From NCBI GenBank assembly GCA_029953675.1, contig JAMWBK010000001.1:3348001-3412000 (forward strand): a stretch of DNA of 64,000 bases, given 5' to 3'. The first letter of the stretch is position 1. Each line of letters starts with the position of its first letter. The DNA comes from Rhodosorus marinus CCMP1338 (Eukaryota; Plantae; Rhodophyta). A program made the translations under genes and the position numbers. Shown in pieces: positions 10,928 through 24,317 of the stretch. The notes under the pieces were generated by a model, which was not told the origin of the DNA, ran no database searches, and saw nothing but the letters and a program-made list of their open reading frames with translations.

Positions 10928-13900
10928 TCACTGAGCGACCGCCGCAGCTGGAGCAGCTGGCTCGTCAACAGCGAACAGGCGCTTCAGTCCCGTCAACGCG
11001 TTTCCAGAAAAGTTGGAAAAGGTTGACCTCAGCGCTGCGCCAGCGTCCTTCTTCCACATCGCATCCTCAGAGCCTTCAACAAAAACGACTCTCCAATCAT
11101 CCCCAAGTGACCAATCTAAGCTGTTGCACACCGCAAAACTAGACGGCCAGGACACCTGCTTGTTACCCTGTTTCTTGATCTGGCTGCTCAGTTTGCTCCT
11201 GCTTTCGTCAAAGTCGTCCGGGAAGGGCAAATCGCGACTAAGCGCTACAATTTCAACGTACTCGTTAACCAGATCGACCCGATAGCTCGTCTCGTCCTGG
11301 ACTCCAGCTCTATCGTGCAGCAACCAAAAAAAAAAAGAAGAAATGGTTGGTCTCCAATAGAATGGCATTTCGTGGTTAGGTTCATAGCACGTACTCTCGC
11401 AAAAGAGATGTGTAGTCGGACATATTCGTCAAATCCCTCTCATTCGAGCAGTGCACCAACTTCATGGACTCGCTACTGCTCTTTGAAAAAATCCTAACAA
11501 CCAGCTTCAGGCACCTCTTGATCAACCAGCTAGTGGAAAACACCTCGTAACAATTAGGACCAAGCACCTTCCGGAGCTCCGTCCGATACTCTCCTGTCTT
11601 TAGATTCGCTCCTAGAAGATTGAACAGCAAATCCATACTCCGCCCGAACAGTTTCTCTTGCGAGGTCTCGGAGGTACTAGCCATCATTGCAAATGACGAA
11701 GAAGATGAAGGCGTGAGTGGCAAACGTAAGAGCAGCGTTTGACAAAGTACTTAACCAGCAACCAATACGAAACGAATTCGAGCTTCAACCTACTCCTGCT
11801 GTGGAAGCCGAAGTCGCCTAGAAGCAGTTCCAGCCAGCACCCAAGTTTCGTGTACTTTTTGTCTCAGAGCCTGCAAAAATCGAACGAGCATGTACAGCTC
11901 CTCCGTCGCGTAGAACGACAAGTGGTCCTTGGGAGAAGTCCTTTCAGTGCTGGAAGGTATGCCACAATCTAAGGTAAGGTACGTATTCACAAAGTCCTCG
12001 TAACGCGAGTAGATAGCGGTCCTTCGATCCTGGTCTTCCAGTTCCAATTCCAAAGACGTTTTGAGCACGCGATTGGCCTCTCCACAGATGCGCTTGTCTG
12101 ACGTGCACGGAAGTGAAATGAACGACTTGCTCTTCATCGTCTGCAACAGTTCGTTCGTGCTAAACTTCTCTTTCTCATGCTCCAAGAACAAAGTTCCTCG
12201 GTGGTCCAAGAATCCATCGAACAGTCGACGAAGTTCCACCTGCCATGCTTGCATATACGAAGATCTTGTCTTTTGCCATTCTTGCTCCTTTTCGCGAAGC
12301 CGGTTGATGACAATTGGAAGGGCCACAGTGGGAGAGCTCTTAACCTGTAACAAGAGCGCGTTACCGGTTAGAATTCCACAAAAAAAGGAGCCATCTCAGA
12401 TCAGTCGGCACACGCCTTACTTGCTCCAAGAACTCCGGGCCCATTTCTCCCCACACTTTCAAGATAACGTCACAATTGCTCTTGGTCAGCAACCCTCCAG
12501 GCAGAGTCTCCAGCTTCTGAGTGTTTTGAAACCGATAAGCGAGCGCGTCAATACATGCCAAGAATCAAGGACGAAAGAGAAAACCACGCCACATCGGCAG
12601 CCTTATACGCACATTTCCTTCCTCGGACATCGACTGAAACACAGGCTCCAGCTTCCGCCGCAAATCCGAGACGCTCTCCAGGGACAAGTCCATAGCGATC
12701 ATCTCCTCCTCAATGCTAAACAGCTTCTTCTCAGGCTGAGTTTTTTCGGCTGCTTTCTCGGTGTGGTAATCTGGAGGGACGGCAATCCATACATCGTTCA
12801 AAACAGTCCTCTCCAGTTCGCCACGTCCTGAGCACGCTGTGTTACAAGCAAAAGCGAAGATCGAGTCAGAACGGTACGCAACAGAGCGTGGTCCTTCAAC
12901 AATCCATTGCTATCCCCAATTTCACGGCGGGTGCTAACCTGGCTGGACGAAAGTCTGCGGAAGAGATCGAAATGAAGGGGAGCACAAGAATTTGCTCTCT
13001 GTAGCAGCTTCGCGGATCGATTTGGTCATCAGTCTTGGCTTTCCATCGACGTAGTCAACACGCTCTGGACTCGGAGGCAACATCGAGCAAGAGCTCTCTG
13101 GTGATCCTCCAGCACGAAGTGCATCGTCCCGTTCTTTGCCCTAAAATAATGAAGAACCACTTACTTGAGCATCCAATCCTCTGTGGGCCAATGCGTTCTC
13201 GAGGGTCTGGAGTTGGAAAATATAGTCCTACCTCGAATTTACCTCCAAGCATCCCTCCGTTTTCCCGCTGGCGCTCTGCGTGAGTTTCAATTGTCGGAAA
13301 TCCGCTGCTCGTGTTGGCCGATGCGACCAAGAAGCTCTTGAAGAAGTCAAACAGACCCGGGGAGGAAGAGAACAGCTCCTCCGTGAGCATCAAAAGCTCA
13401 CTACGAGAAATGATCTCCTGAGAGAAGAGCGACAGGCACTTGATAAACTCATGGTACAAGTCCTGGCCGGGATCTCCGAGCTTCTCGCGAATGCTTTCGA
13501 AGAACCAGAGCTCCGGCCGTGCACCCATTGGTGCCTGTTGGCCTCTTTGCCCTGCTCGTTGGGCACCATCTTCTCCCTGCGATTTCGACGGTGTAATCTG
13601 TGACGATCTCCTCTTCAGTTTCTGGTCATCCCCAGCATTCATTACAACAGCTCCAGAGGAGGCCGCCCATTGGTTCTTCTTTGGAGGGGGCTTTTGCCCA
13701 GATTGAAACGTCATACCACCAATCTTCTGCTTTGATGTAGGGGTTGTTGGCGGTCCTTCCAACCTCCTCTTTTCTTGTTCTCCGCCAGTAGCGATAGCTG
13801 CAAGACCACCAGCCGCAGCACTACCAGGGGGAGGTTGGGCACTCGGATCCGGAAGAAAGTGCTGAAACTCGTCCAGAAGGTCCTTGTGACCGGAGAACAG

Positions 13901-16535
13901 AGTCGCCACCCGCTTATTTACGTCTGAGATTGTTTTCCCCCCCTTCTGATACGCCTGAAGGACTTCCAGGAACTCCTTATAGACGGTCTCGTTGTGGACA
14001 AACCGCTTCTTGATTCTGTTTACATAGTTGATAGCCTGATCAAACTCAGGTTTCAAGGGTTGCGCCGCACCAGCTGCCGCCACCGCTCCTCGACCTGCTA
14101 GCACGTTCATAGGACCCCCGGGAGGTTGTGTAGCCCCAGCCTTACCCCCTCTGACCGGGAACGACTGAGACATCCTGGAGGTTGGTGGACTCTCTTCTGG
14201 CATTTTCTGCGGGGTCTTAGAACCTGGCCGAAAAGGTCCGGAATTCCTACCCGCGGGCGCAGCCTTTCCGGGTTGGTTCGAAGCTGTCGTTTGATCAAAA
14301 GAACCGAGTTTGTCAGCAATCTGTAAGAAGTTCTAACCGTTCCAGTCTACGTCTTTCGAAACACTCACCGCCGTATGGCAAAGGCCCAAACTTGCCCGAA
14401 TTTCTGCCTTGCGGCCCTGGAGAAGGAGGTGGGCCTTGTGACTGCCTGGCAGCAGGCTGTTGTGAGGGTGGCACAGACTGTTGTTGCATGAGAGCTGAGG
14501 CCTGACTGAACCCTGGATCGCCTCCTTTTGGTCCGTCGCTCACAACAACTCCGGACCCTGTATGCAGTCCACGGCAATTCTACATGGTGAGTGCATCTGC
14601 ACAAACGGGGATATCAGGCGATAGAGTTCTAAACTCAGAATCATACCTCCGGGAATAGGGTAGGTTCCACCAGGAGCTGTCACCGTCAGACCAGTTTTTA
14701 ACTGGCCAGTGACTGGATCGTCGTTCAATTCCAGGTTGTAACCGGGCGGGAGGAAAGTGTTGAACCCAAGGATAAGCTCCTTGTGTCCCCGAAAGAGGGT
14801 TGAGACTCTCTTGATGACCTCCGAAGTGTCTATGCTCTGCCCCTTGAAATCCTTCATTATGTCCAGAAATTGATTGTAAACTTGCGGCTCATCTTGGAAA
14901 CGCGAGTTTACTCGCTTAAGATACAACAGAGCATCTTCCACCTACAATGCGAGAGATCGCGGCATCCGCATCAGAACTTTCCTCCGTTCACGGTCAAGAT
15001 TGTACAGTGCACCGTCTACGAAGTTTAATAGGCTGGCGCACCTTTAGGTTTGGGCCCCGCAATCCAACTCCAGCATTAGCTTGTACTGCAGGCGGAAAGG
15101 AACCCTGCCTCCCCATATGCATGCCGCCCTCTGGACCGCTGGAATGGGGTACGCTAGGAATCATCCCAGGTCCAGGTCCAGGTCCAGGTCCGGGTCCGGG
15201 TCCAGGTCCAGGTCCGGGTCCGGGTCCAGGTCCAGGTCCGGGTCCGGGTCCAGGTCCAGGTCCGGGTCCTCTCATGTTCACGCCTGGTCTCGACTGTCCG
15301 CTGGCTTCATGCGGGTTGAATGGCACGCCAGTCCCCTGGTTGCGCACTGGGGGAGGAGAATTCTGCGGCGGCTGCGGTGAGGGCGGCGGCGGCGGGGCCC
15401 CAGCAGAGTAAATATGTCCTCCGTTCTGGTTTCCTCCAAATCGAGCCGACTTCTAGGGAAAACCGCGAGGAAGTTCTCTTAGACGAGGCGAAAAGCTAGC
15501 ATGACTCAAACGCTCCATGGGCAAATGCCTATTTTCCAAGCAAGAAGCACAAATAGCGAACCACAGCAGGAGCGCGTACCGGTGATGGAGGTTGACCTTG
15601 TGGCAGTGGGGGTGCTTGAGCCGGGGGCTGCCTTGGTTGCATCTGCATAAAGTGCGGGTTCTGAGGAGGCATCATCGGGGAATTCACTGGGTGCCCACTT
15701 TGTCCACCTCTCTGCATTCCCTGAATCAGCAACACACGATCGAAGTTCAGCAAAGAACAACAAACATTCTGAATCGAACAGCTTATACATACTCCTCCAC
15801 GGATCTGCGCCATGCCGCCCAGGTCCATTCTCTGTCCAAAGAAGGAGCACACACAAGCAGATAAATGTAAGAGTTCAAAGTCGAGCCTTTGTCCAATTTT
15901 CTGGAGCCGCCAGATCCCTAATCTACACTGTGCTTCTCTGAAAAAAGAACAGCCATCAAGCTCGAATTCTAAGACAGGCCTGCGAATTCGCTCACCGGTC
16001 TCTTAGGTGGGGACGAGGCGAAACTCCCCGGAATCCCACCCCCTTGCAGAGCAGAAGGCGGTTGTCCGCCAGCCGAATAAGGTCCAGGCCCCTGCGGTCC
16101 GTGATGATGCGGGGACTGGGGAGGCAACGGCCCGGCCGGATGGTGCAAGTGCGTAAGCAGGGGTGCCGGTTTCATACCCACTGGTCCAGGACCTTGCATA
16201 TGGAAGGACGACTGGGACACGTTTCCTGGCATACTAGACCCCTGTTTCCCAAGGAAAAATCGTGAGCTCAATCTCAGTTACTAGTAGAAAGATACAACGG
16301 AGCGCGCTAAACGCGTCAAGCATGGCGCCGTGGAAGCTAGGACTATTCTCAAGAGCTAAACTATAGAACTATAAAACATCTCCCTCCTCCATATGTGACC
16401 CTTCGCTTTCTTGCTTACCTGGATCGGAGGATGCACTAGCTCCCCGGCATGGCTGCGCTCCCCGCGCTCTCCAAACACGGCACCTCGATCCTCACCCCCC
16501 GTTCCACCAGGTGGTGTTGGAGCACGCTTGCTCAT
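10928..16535 (-). CDS. SIN3: Sin3 paired-amphipathic-helix co-repressor, many exons
   Basis: PAH1 [32 protein letters not shown]; PAH2 [28 protein letters not shown]; PAH3 [25 protein letters not shown]; HID region [17 protein letters not shown] and [19 protein letters not shown]; C-terminal [16 protein letters not shown]. First exon MSKRAP ends in CAG|gtaagc. Confidence 0.95.
15169..15270 (-). repeat. coding hexamer microsatellite (GGTCCN)17 encoding a Gly-Pro dipeptide tract in Sin3
   Basis: 17 consecutive GGTCCN units on + strand; the N positions follow an a,a,g,g pattern, giving a 24-bp higher-order period. Confidence 0.95.
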
Positions 16536-19500
16536 ATGCAAATGTAAAACAAGAACGGCAAGACCTGCCGGTCGCTAATCCAGACTAAGCAACAAAGCCC
16601 AGCACTTGCTTCCTTGGGTACCGCCTAGGAAAAACCAAAAAAAAAACGACTGAGCAAAGACGTGCAAACCCTTCCAGACCTCCATCGGCACCGGCGGAAG
16701 AGATTCTCACCTCAATCGCGAAACATCTACCAAGACCAGAGGCTAGTAGTACCTTCCCAAACTCATTCTCAAAAACTCAGAAACCTCCGAAACGATCTCT
16801 TCGCCCTCAAACCAAGCTTCCGTATACCAATCCGGCTCGTAGACGTCCCCTCCGCTCTGAACTGTCTCGCTACGCCAAAAGGTCACAGTTAATGTACTGA
16901 CTTCCCGAGCAAGACCCCCACCCCCTAAAGCCGCCCTCTCCCTTCCCAACTTCCACAACCATACCTGACCCCAAATCAAACGTCATGAGAACTGAGCAGA
17001 ACAAAACAAAAATAATTCGAATAAAAATCTACAAAACGGAAAATGGAAAGCAATTAATCGAAAGCCACTCTTCCCCCCCCTTTTCATCCCCCTTCCCTCT
17101 AACCCACCCACCCGTTTTGGCAGAGTCCCATTTTAGAGCATCTGCCACCCCTATGGTTCAACATAATTTTCTTCTAGTCTACTCTCATTTTTCAAAGGTA
17201 TAAAAAATCCAAAGAAAAAACCTAAGGAGGACAAAATATCATTCTGATTTAAGAATATATGAGCAAAGGCCATGAATTAAACAGAAAAGAACAGAAAATA
17301 TCGAAATTCGAGAAGCCTCACGGATGATATCCAAGGACCCGTTCACGTCGTGGACAATCTGGGAAAAATCCATCTAAATTTTAGTCAATAAGCTGATTCA
17401 GGGCGATACCGATCGGATTCGCTGGATTGGAGATGGGTAGGTCAAGGGGTTCAAGTCGAGGGGGTGAACGACTGGTATGGAACTCGTCCGGAAAAGAAAA
17501 TAGACAAAAGGGGCAATCCGCTGCCAAAAAAATACTGGGGGGGGTTGCAATCCAACATTCTGTTTAGAGAACTTTTTTTGCTTAACTATTTCTGTGCCTC
17601 GAAGTTGGTTCGTGGTCACCTTTTCTGATCAAGTCATGCGTTGGAAATGATTCCTATTCATTGGTCGGAGATTATGAAACTATTAGGGGTAGTGTATTTT
17701 CCAAGCAATTTCTCCCGAAGTTAAGATTTTCAACCCAGGGTTCTCCTCTGGTTCCCAACATTTGTGCTTCGCCTTCCGCAAGCAAAGAAAGCATTAATTT
17801 TTTCCAGTTTTTAGGGGGGGAGAGGGACTTGGACGGAAAAATTCAGCAGGATTCCACATCCAATAAATCCGCAGGGGGTGATATTTTTCCGTTGCCTTAT
17901 CCAAAAGAGGATAAGAGCACCTCACAGGGTACCACAAGGATGCAACTTACGTTCCTGAACATGCGGGAACTCTAGTCGAATTTTTGCAGAGGGGTAGGGA
18001 CTTTGTGCAACACTACCCCTGACTAAGAAAAGAACAGAGTTTTTGATCTGGTGGCAGCAACGGTTGAACGGTCTTTTGCATATCTCCGACCCGTCCGATC
18101 TAGAAGAATAAAAAGCAAATATCCCATCAATTTTGAAGTAACTAAGAGGATGTCTAACATTACCTCCCGAGTATAGGGGGGGAAAGGTGTGTTTGATATT
18201 TAGTTTTCAACGGGGTGCATTGCCTGTGCTATGATTGGTCAAACTTTCAACGCTCATCGACGAGCGACCACGAGAGAATGTGGAGTGAACTCGAACCAAT
18301 CAAAGATGTAAAGATAAGGAAAACTTTTTCTGGACTTTGGAGATATCAAGGACCTTTGGCTGTCAGAGTGGGGAGGGGAAGCCCCATTTTGAAATACTGG
18401 CTCAGCTACCCCTGGTAGTTCCCCAAAACCATGTTCGTCAGAAACTATGGGCCAACTTTCAATAGTTCTCTCCCCAGGGGGAAGATTTTCCCCCGATGCC
18501 CATCCTCGCTTGAATATTACGAGAAAAAGTGGACCAGTCGATACGCTCTAAGTGCGTCTAACGCCAGGCTGTGGATGCTTGGAAAAAAAGTAAGCGATGA
18601 AATGCAAATGACTGAAGGAGGCGGTTGGAAACACTTGAGAGTTTGCTCATGGCTTTTTTTGCCAGCAGTAGCAAGAGCAAAGGGGAGGGAATTGTTTCCA
18701 ATTCAAGGGGTTGTTCTTACCCTACTTAGCCGTTTTCTTTTTCGCCTGCGTATTGCAATGAAATATTAATTTCATATAAACCACTATTTATTTGCCAAAA
18801 ACGAATGAAGATTTGATAAAGGAGAATTGTACCCGTGGTATCGAGCTGTGTATTCTATTTTGGAAAGTCGTATCCAAAACTAAGGAAGAATTTCGGTCCA
18901 TATCGTTTCACAAATATGATTGGCCACGAGACCTCCAATAGGTATGTAGCCGTATGTTGTTTTTTGGTTTGCTGCCATTCACCGAGTCGATCGGAATCTC
19001 GACGGGGGAAATCCTGGGAGAGTAAGATAAGTTGAAAATAAAATCGGTGGTCTGATTGAGCCCACAAGCGCTATAACCCCCCAGGCGCGGACGCGAAAGG
19101 CGATCCAGGGGTTGATGGTTTCCTTCTACTCGACGGGCAGATTCGGAAAAATCATTCTCCGTTGAAATCATGGGGCTGGAAACTACAAAAGCAGATATAT
19201 GTTTATGCTTTTCAATATCGAAGGGATGTGGACAGCCAACCCTCGCAAACAACAAGTAGGCGAGATTCGCTGAGGCCACATACCCGACAGCTCGATGCAT
19301 GTCCGCCTACCCCTCGAAAGTGTGGACAGGCCAAATAGATCATTAGTTAGAACAACGGAAATTTTTTTTAACCCCCCTACAACTCCACCTTAAGCCTAAC
19401 TTCGCAAACAAAAGAAAAGAAAATTCGTTAGGATTCGAAGGAAAAGAGAGAAGTAGAGACTGAATGAATACACCCGCAATCAATTTTTTTACTGCTAATA

Positions 19501-19857
19501 CATTTTTGGTACTACGCCTCCCTGACATCATGAGAATCACCCCCCCCTCCCTCCTTCCACCCCCCCGAGGTCAAAAGGAAAGGTAATGTACCCAGTGTCC
19601 TTTCCAGAAGAGGGCTCCGGAGCATATCGGATGCACCGTACTATTGATGTGAGGTGCGCCCAGGCTTAGTTTACCGCGAAAACAACAGCGTCGAGCTTTT
19701 CAAAAGGATTGATATCAATCAATTAGGCTACGGTTGTTCTAAAAATTTTGTGATCGTCAGTTCTGGGCGCAGAACGGGAAAGCTGAACGGCCTTTGTATT
19801 ATCAGACGTGCTGAGCTCTGGCTTACGAGAGGCCTAGTATGCTGAATACTGGACTGT

Positions 19858-20460
19858 CTAATCCTCTGCGGACGCATATGAACGTTCACGAATGTAACGG
19901 CGTGAGAAGTTGGGGGCCAAAGGACGCACGGCACGCTCTTCACCATTGTCGTTGACCGAGCCATGGTCTGAAGTACTCATCACCAGGTGATGACATGGCG
20001 TCTCCTGAGAGGAAAAGTCGATTCTATTAGAATTGTGTGTGTGCACTGGTCCTGTCGAGGCTTCCTTTTTCCCTTCCTCATGCACAAAATCCATTGCCCG
20101 TTGAAGGTCCTGCGTGAATGCTTGGCTGGAAAAGGAGCTCCATCGTATAAACCCAGTGCTACTGTACATTGGACCCGTGGCTAGCCAATTACAGGGTTTC
20201 GATGGAAATGCTCTCGCCAAGCTTCCCAATGAACAGCAAGTTAATTCCCTCAACGGGTATGTGATCGTTTCATGTCTCCACACTTGACACAAGTACAGAT
20301 TCCCCTTGTCTCTGACGGAAAAGAGTTGTTCCACACGGTCGTCAACGTGGGTTCGTAGGATGAAGATTTCCGTCAATTTTGCTTTTTCTTCTGAAGTTCT
20401 CAGCTTCTCAAAACAATTACAGAGCTCAATCGAACTACTCATCCTCCACATCCTCCACAT
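19858..20460 (-). CDS. hypothetical protein, 200-aa ORF divergent from SerRS
   Basis: Uninterrupted 603-nt ORF with globular-looking composition; only a weak impression of a PH-like fold. Confidence 0.45.
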   Translation of the reverse strand: MWRMWRMSSSIELCNCFEKLRTSEEKAKLTEIFILRTHVDDRVEQLFSVRDKGNLYLCQVWRHETITYPLRELTCCSLGSLARAFPSKPCNWLATGPMYSSTGFIRWSSFSSQAFTQDLQRAMDFVHEEGKKEASTGPVHTHNSNRIDFSSQETPCHHLVMSTSDHGSVNDNGEERAVRPLAPNFSRRYIRERSYASAED

Positions 20461-20934
20461 CCTCCACCTACGCGAAGCGTATCAACAGATGAGCTTCAAC
20501 TAAAGTCGATAAATTCTCTCCAGGCTACAGAGCTCGGCGAAAGCTTTGTTAAATCCAAGCTCTGCCAGTGACCAATGTATACTCGGGCTGGGCGCATCGC
20601 ATACACCTAATTGCATCTAGAACAGACTGTTGTGTATTGGAGTACGGAATACGCATGGAAAACCACTCAAGAAAAAGTTCGCGAGATAGTAGGAACCCGT
20701 CTCGTCATTGGATTCGTAATCGTCTCATTGCTTTATAGTCGAAATGGCCCTCCCTTGCAAGCGCGAGGGCAGATCCATCCTTTCCACCCTGACCGATCAG
20801 CTGCCTACTGGGTGTGTGCTTGATACACGAACGGTCGCTAATGAGGAATTAGGACGGGAGTGAGTCGTCTGAGGAAGGCGGAAGATTCTATAGGATTGGC
20901 TTGCTTTTGAGCTCTGTCTACTAGATCGATCAGC

Positions 20935-22936
20935 ATGTTAGATATTAACTTGTTTCGTGTTGAGAAGGGAGGGAACCCGGATCTCGTTCGGGAGTCTCAG
21001 AGGCGCCGGTTTGCGGATGAGGGCGTTGTAGATGAAATTATCGAGCTGGATGAGGCATGGAGAAAGGTACAAGGTTTTCTGTCTTTTCGGATTTTTGTTA
21101 GAGAAAGTTCGCTGCTCCTTGGATCCTATGGCTGAAGACGTTTTTGCCCGCTTTAGTCCCGGTTCGAGCAGGACAGTTTTCGGAGGGAGTTGAACAAGCT
21201 GAGCAAGGAAGTGGGTTTGAAGAAACGGGCGCGTGAGGACGCATCTGAATTGATAGCGCAGACGGTGGAGGTGAAGAAAACGATCGCAGAGGCTGAGAAA
21301 GTAACTGCTGAACTTGAGGAGGAACGAGATGCGCTGCTGAGGAGCTTAGGGAACCTTGTTCATGAATCGGTTCCGACCTCCAAGAACGAGGACGAGAACC
21401 TCGTTGTTCGAACATGGGGAGAGCCTGCTCTGCCAAACGGCCCCAAAAAGTGAGCCCTCAAGTGCCAAAAGAGGACCAGTTTCCCCTGACAACACTCCGA
21501 AAACCTTTGGACTGACACCCGTCTTTCCTCAGGAATCACGTCGATCTGCTGCACATGATTGATGGTGTTGAGTATGAACGAGGCACCAGCGTCGCGGGTA
21601 ACAGAGGGTATTTCCTCAAGGGCTGTGGTGTACAACTTAACATCGCGTTGATTCACTACGGTCTCAACTTCCTGGTTCAAAGAGGATACACTCCGTTGCA
21701 GACCCCATATTTTATGGAGAAGGAAGCCATGTCGAAGGTCGCTCAATTGGAACAGTTCGATGAAGAGCTTTACACGGTATGGCCCCAGGGAGATCTCAAT
21801 CGAGCCAACGCATGTGAATTGGCCGTGCGTTTTTTCAACCCCGGTGGTGGCTGCTTATGATTAGGTCGGAGGAAAAGGTGTGACTGAGAAGTATATGATT
21901 GCCACCTCTGAGCAGCCGATTGCTGCGTATCATGTGGATGACTGGGTGGATCCAAGGACCCTACCCAGAAAGTACGTTGGATATTCAACCTGTTTCAGGA
22001 AGGAGGTAAGCGTTGGGCGTCAAGATACGCTGGCAAGCTCAGGTGTGTGAATATCGTGCGATATTGAGTTGAGGTTCATGGTTCGCACAGGCGGGTAGCC
22101 ATGGTCGAGACACCCTAGGGATCTTCAGAGTTCACCAGTTTGAGAAGATCGAGCAGTTCTGTTTGACCTCGCCAGATGACAACGAGGTGAGGCCGATCAA
22201 CCGCCCCTTACGCGTATGACAAGTTCCGTTAATAGGCTAAGGAATCCGTTCTTTTTCTTCTCGTCGCGGGGAATGTCGATAGAGCTGGAACGCACACGAA
22301 GACATGATCAAGGCGTCCGAGGAGTTCCATCAATCTTTGGGCATACCGTACAGAGTCGTTTCGATTGTGTCCGGGGCCCTGAACAAAGCAGCTGCGAAGA
22401 AGCTCGATCTGGAAGGATGGTACCCCGCTGGTAGCGCTTATCGGGAGCTGGTATCGTGCTCCAACTGCACGGACTATCAGTCTAGAAGATTACAGGTGCG
22501 TACTTTGACATCTAACTCTCGCTTTCGGAAGAAGCTTTCGCAGAGCCTGACTTGTCAGTGTTCAATGTTGGCTTTGATAGACTCGATTCGGGACCAATAA
22601 GAGGGGGGTTCAAGGCGAGAAAAGGTTTGTGCACATGCTGAATTCGACGCTGTGCGCAACGACCAGAGTGATCTGTGCCATTTTGGAGAACAATCAGACG
22701 GACGAGGGCGTGATCATTCCGGAGCCTCTGCGGGCGTAAGTTATAACCCTCCTTGATGAAATTAGATTTTTTGAAGGTGGAAGAAGGTGTAAACCTCCTT
22801 TCTGTTCAAGCCAGTGGGCAATCGGAAATACTGATTTTGCGTTGGCACGATTGGGACTTGTAGGTACATGGGAGGAAAGGAGTTGATGGAGTTCAGTCGT
22901 GCACCACCCAACTTGAGAGACCCCAACAAAAAGTAA
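20935..22936 (+). CDS. SARS1: cytosolic seryl-tRNA synthetase, multi-exon
   Basis: [61 protein letters not shown]|[39 protein letters not shown] and [12 protein letters not shown]. All introns are GT-AG; TAA at 22934-22936. Confidence 0.98.
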
Positions 22937-24317
22937 AGAACGCCGTTCCGATTCCTGGAAAGCCTTGACAGTGAATGCTATTGTTATTCCCGCCTCGGAA
23001 CCCGATTCAATGTTTTGTTGACGCGATCAAGACAGTTTGCCACGTGGCCTGCTTCAATTTCGAGAAGTGCTGCTTCTCACTGTGGTTTCTACTGGCTTCG
23101 AAAAGGTGTATTAAGTAATGCCACAGAGTCCTTTGGGACTAGCCTTTGTTCCATCTTTCCAATCTTTCCGTTGCTGGTGACCAGAAAGCCCTCGTTTCTC
23201 ATCCATCGCTGCTGTTTTTTCTCTTCTTCTCATGTGTACGCGTTTCGTCCACCTGTTTTTTTTTGCTCTGAAGCACTGTACAATTTCGAACGGGGATGCA
23301 CGCAACAAACAGATCATTCTCAAGGCGTTTCTGCACCGGACTCCGTAGATTCTCCAAGTACGCGCTTAGGGTTGGATAGCAAACCACCCAGTCGTATCTA
23401 AAGCATCAATTATTATTGTGTTCGTGGGTCACTTTCAACCTGCAGTCCTTATCAAGGTGGTCATCTTGAATACTCAAATCCTGGAAATATCAGACTCTCC
23501 AAGTCAAAATTCCAGCTTGACATCGATGAAACAGCTTTGTACATTTGTAAAGAGCAAGACCGGGATATCGATAACCTGATCGGGATCTGTTCGCTTGACT
23601 CGTAAATGAACTATTCCAGCCGGAGTGTCTGTCCTTCCTCTACCAGATGGGGCCTCCACAGTATGGGCTCAGCCAAACAACGCTTTCGAGTGGCTAAGAA
23701 TGACCTTTTCGTCATTGGACAAGAGTTGATTAATCGCTCCCTATTAATCAATTATCACTTGACACATGTCTTCACCATCCAACAACAGTGCTTGACAAGC
23801 TAAACATCCCAGCTACCATTGGCCGAAAACCTTTAAAAACACCTATACCTCCAAAATCATCGGCCAGACACGACTAGTTTTCCAATGATATCCGTTTGAC
23901 GATGTATTAATATCTTCCATTGGCCACTGCAATACTAATACCACTAGATTACCAAATCATGTTACTTATTAAGCACGATATATCCAATGAAAACCATGAT
24001 AATTAGGAATAGAACTATTAACGAAATTCAACAAGGCAAGAAAATTTTGGGCGTCGTCGAGCGACGTCTTTTTGCGAACATTGGCGGTGGGGCCATGCGG
24101 TGAGGGGTTCGTGAGGTCTATATGTTTTTTGGATTAAAAAGGAGCGAAATATGGCCGGCGTTGTTAAACGTAATTGGGAGTCGAATTTTGCGTCATTTTC
24201 TCTGGTGGAAGCGTTGATGTTGAGTTTGCTCGAATAGGGAGAGTTTGGGGAGGGGGGAAGATCGGGAAGGAGAAGAGGTGGAGAAGTTTGTACGAGTTCT
24301 TTGTATATTTGAGGAGA

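Noticed and set aside
14947-15411. Plus-strand ORF with PG repeats and the overlapping RS-repeat ORF 15081-15380
   Set aside because: Both are antisense or alternative-frame shadows of the Sin3 hexamer repeat.
21161-21170. GGTTCGA T-arm-like motif (also near 14275 and 59934)
   Set aside because: There is no cloverleaf or A-box, and the first lies inside a SerRS exon; no tRNA gene is supportable in the window.
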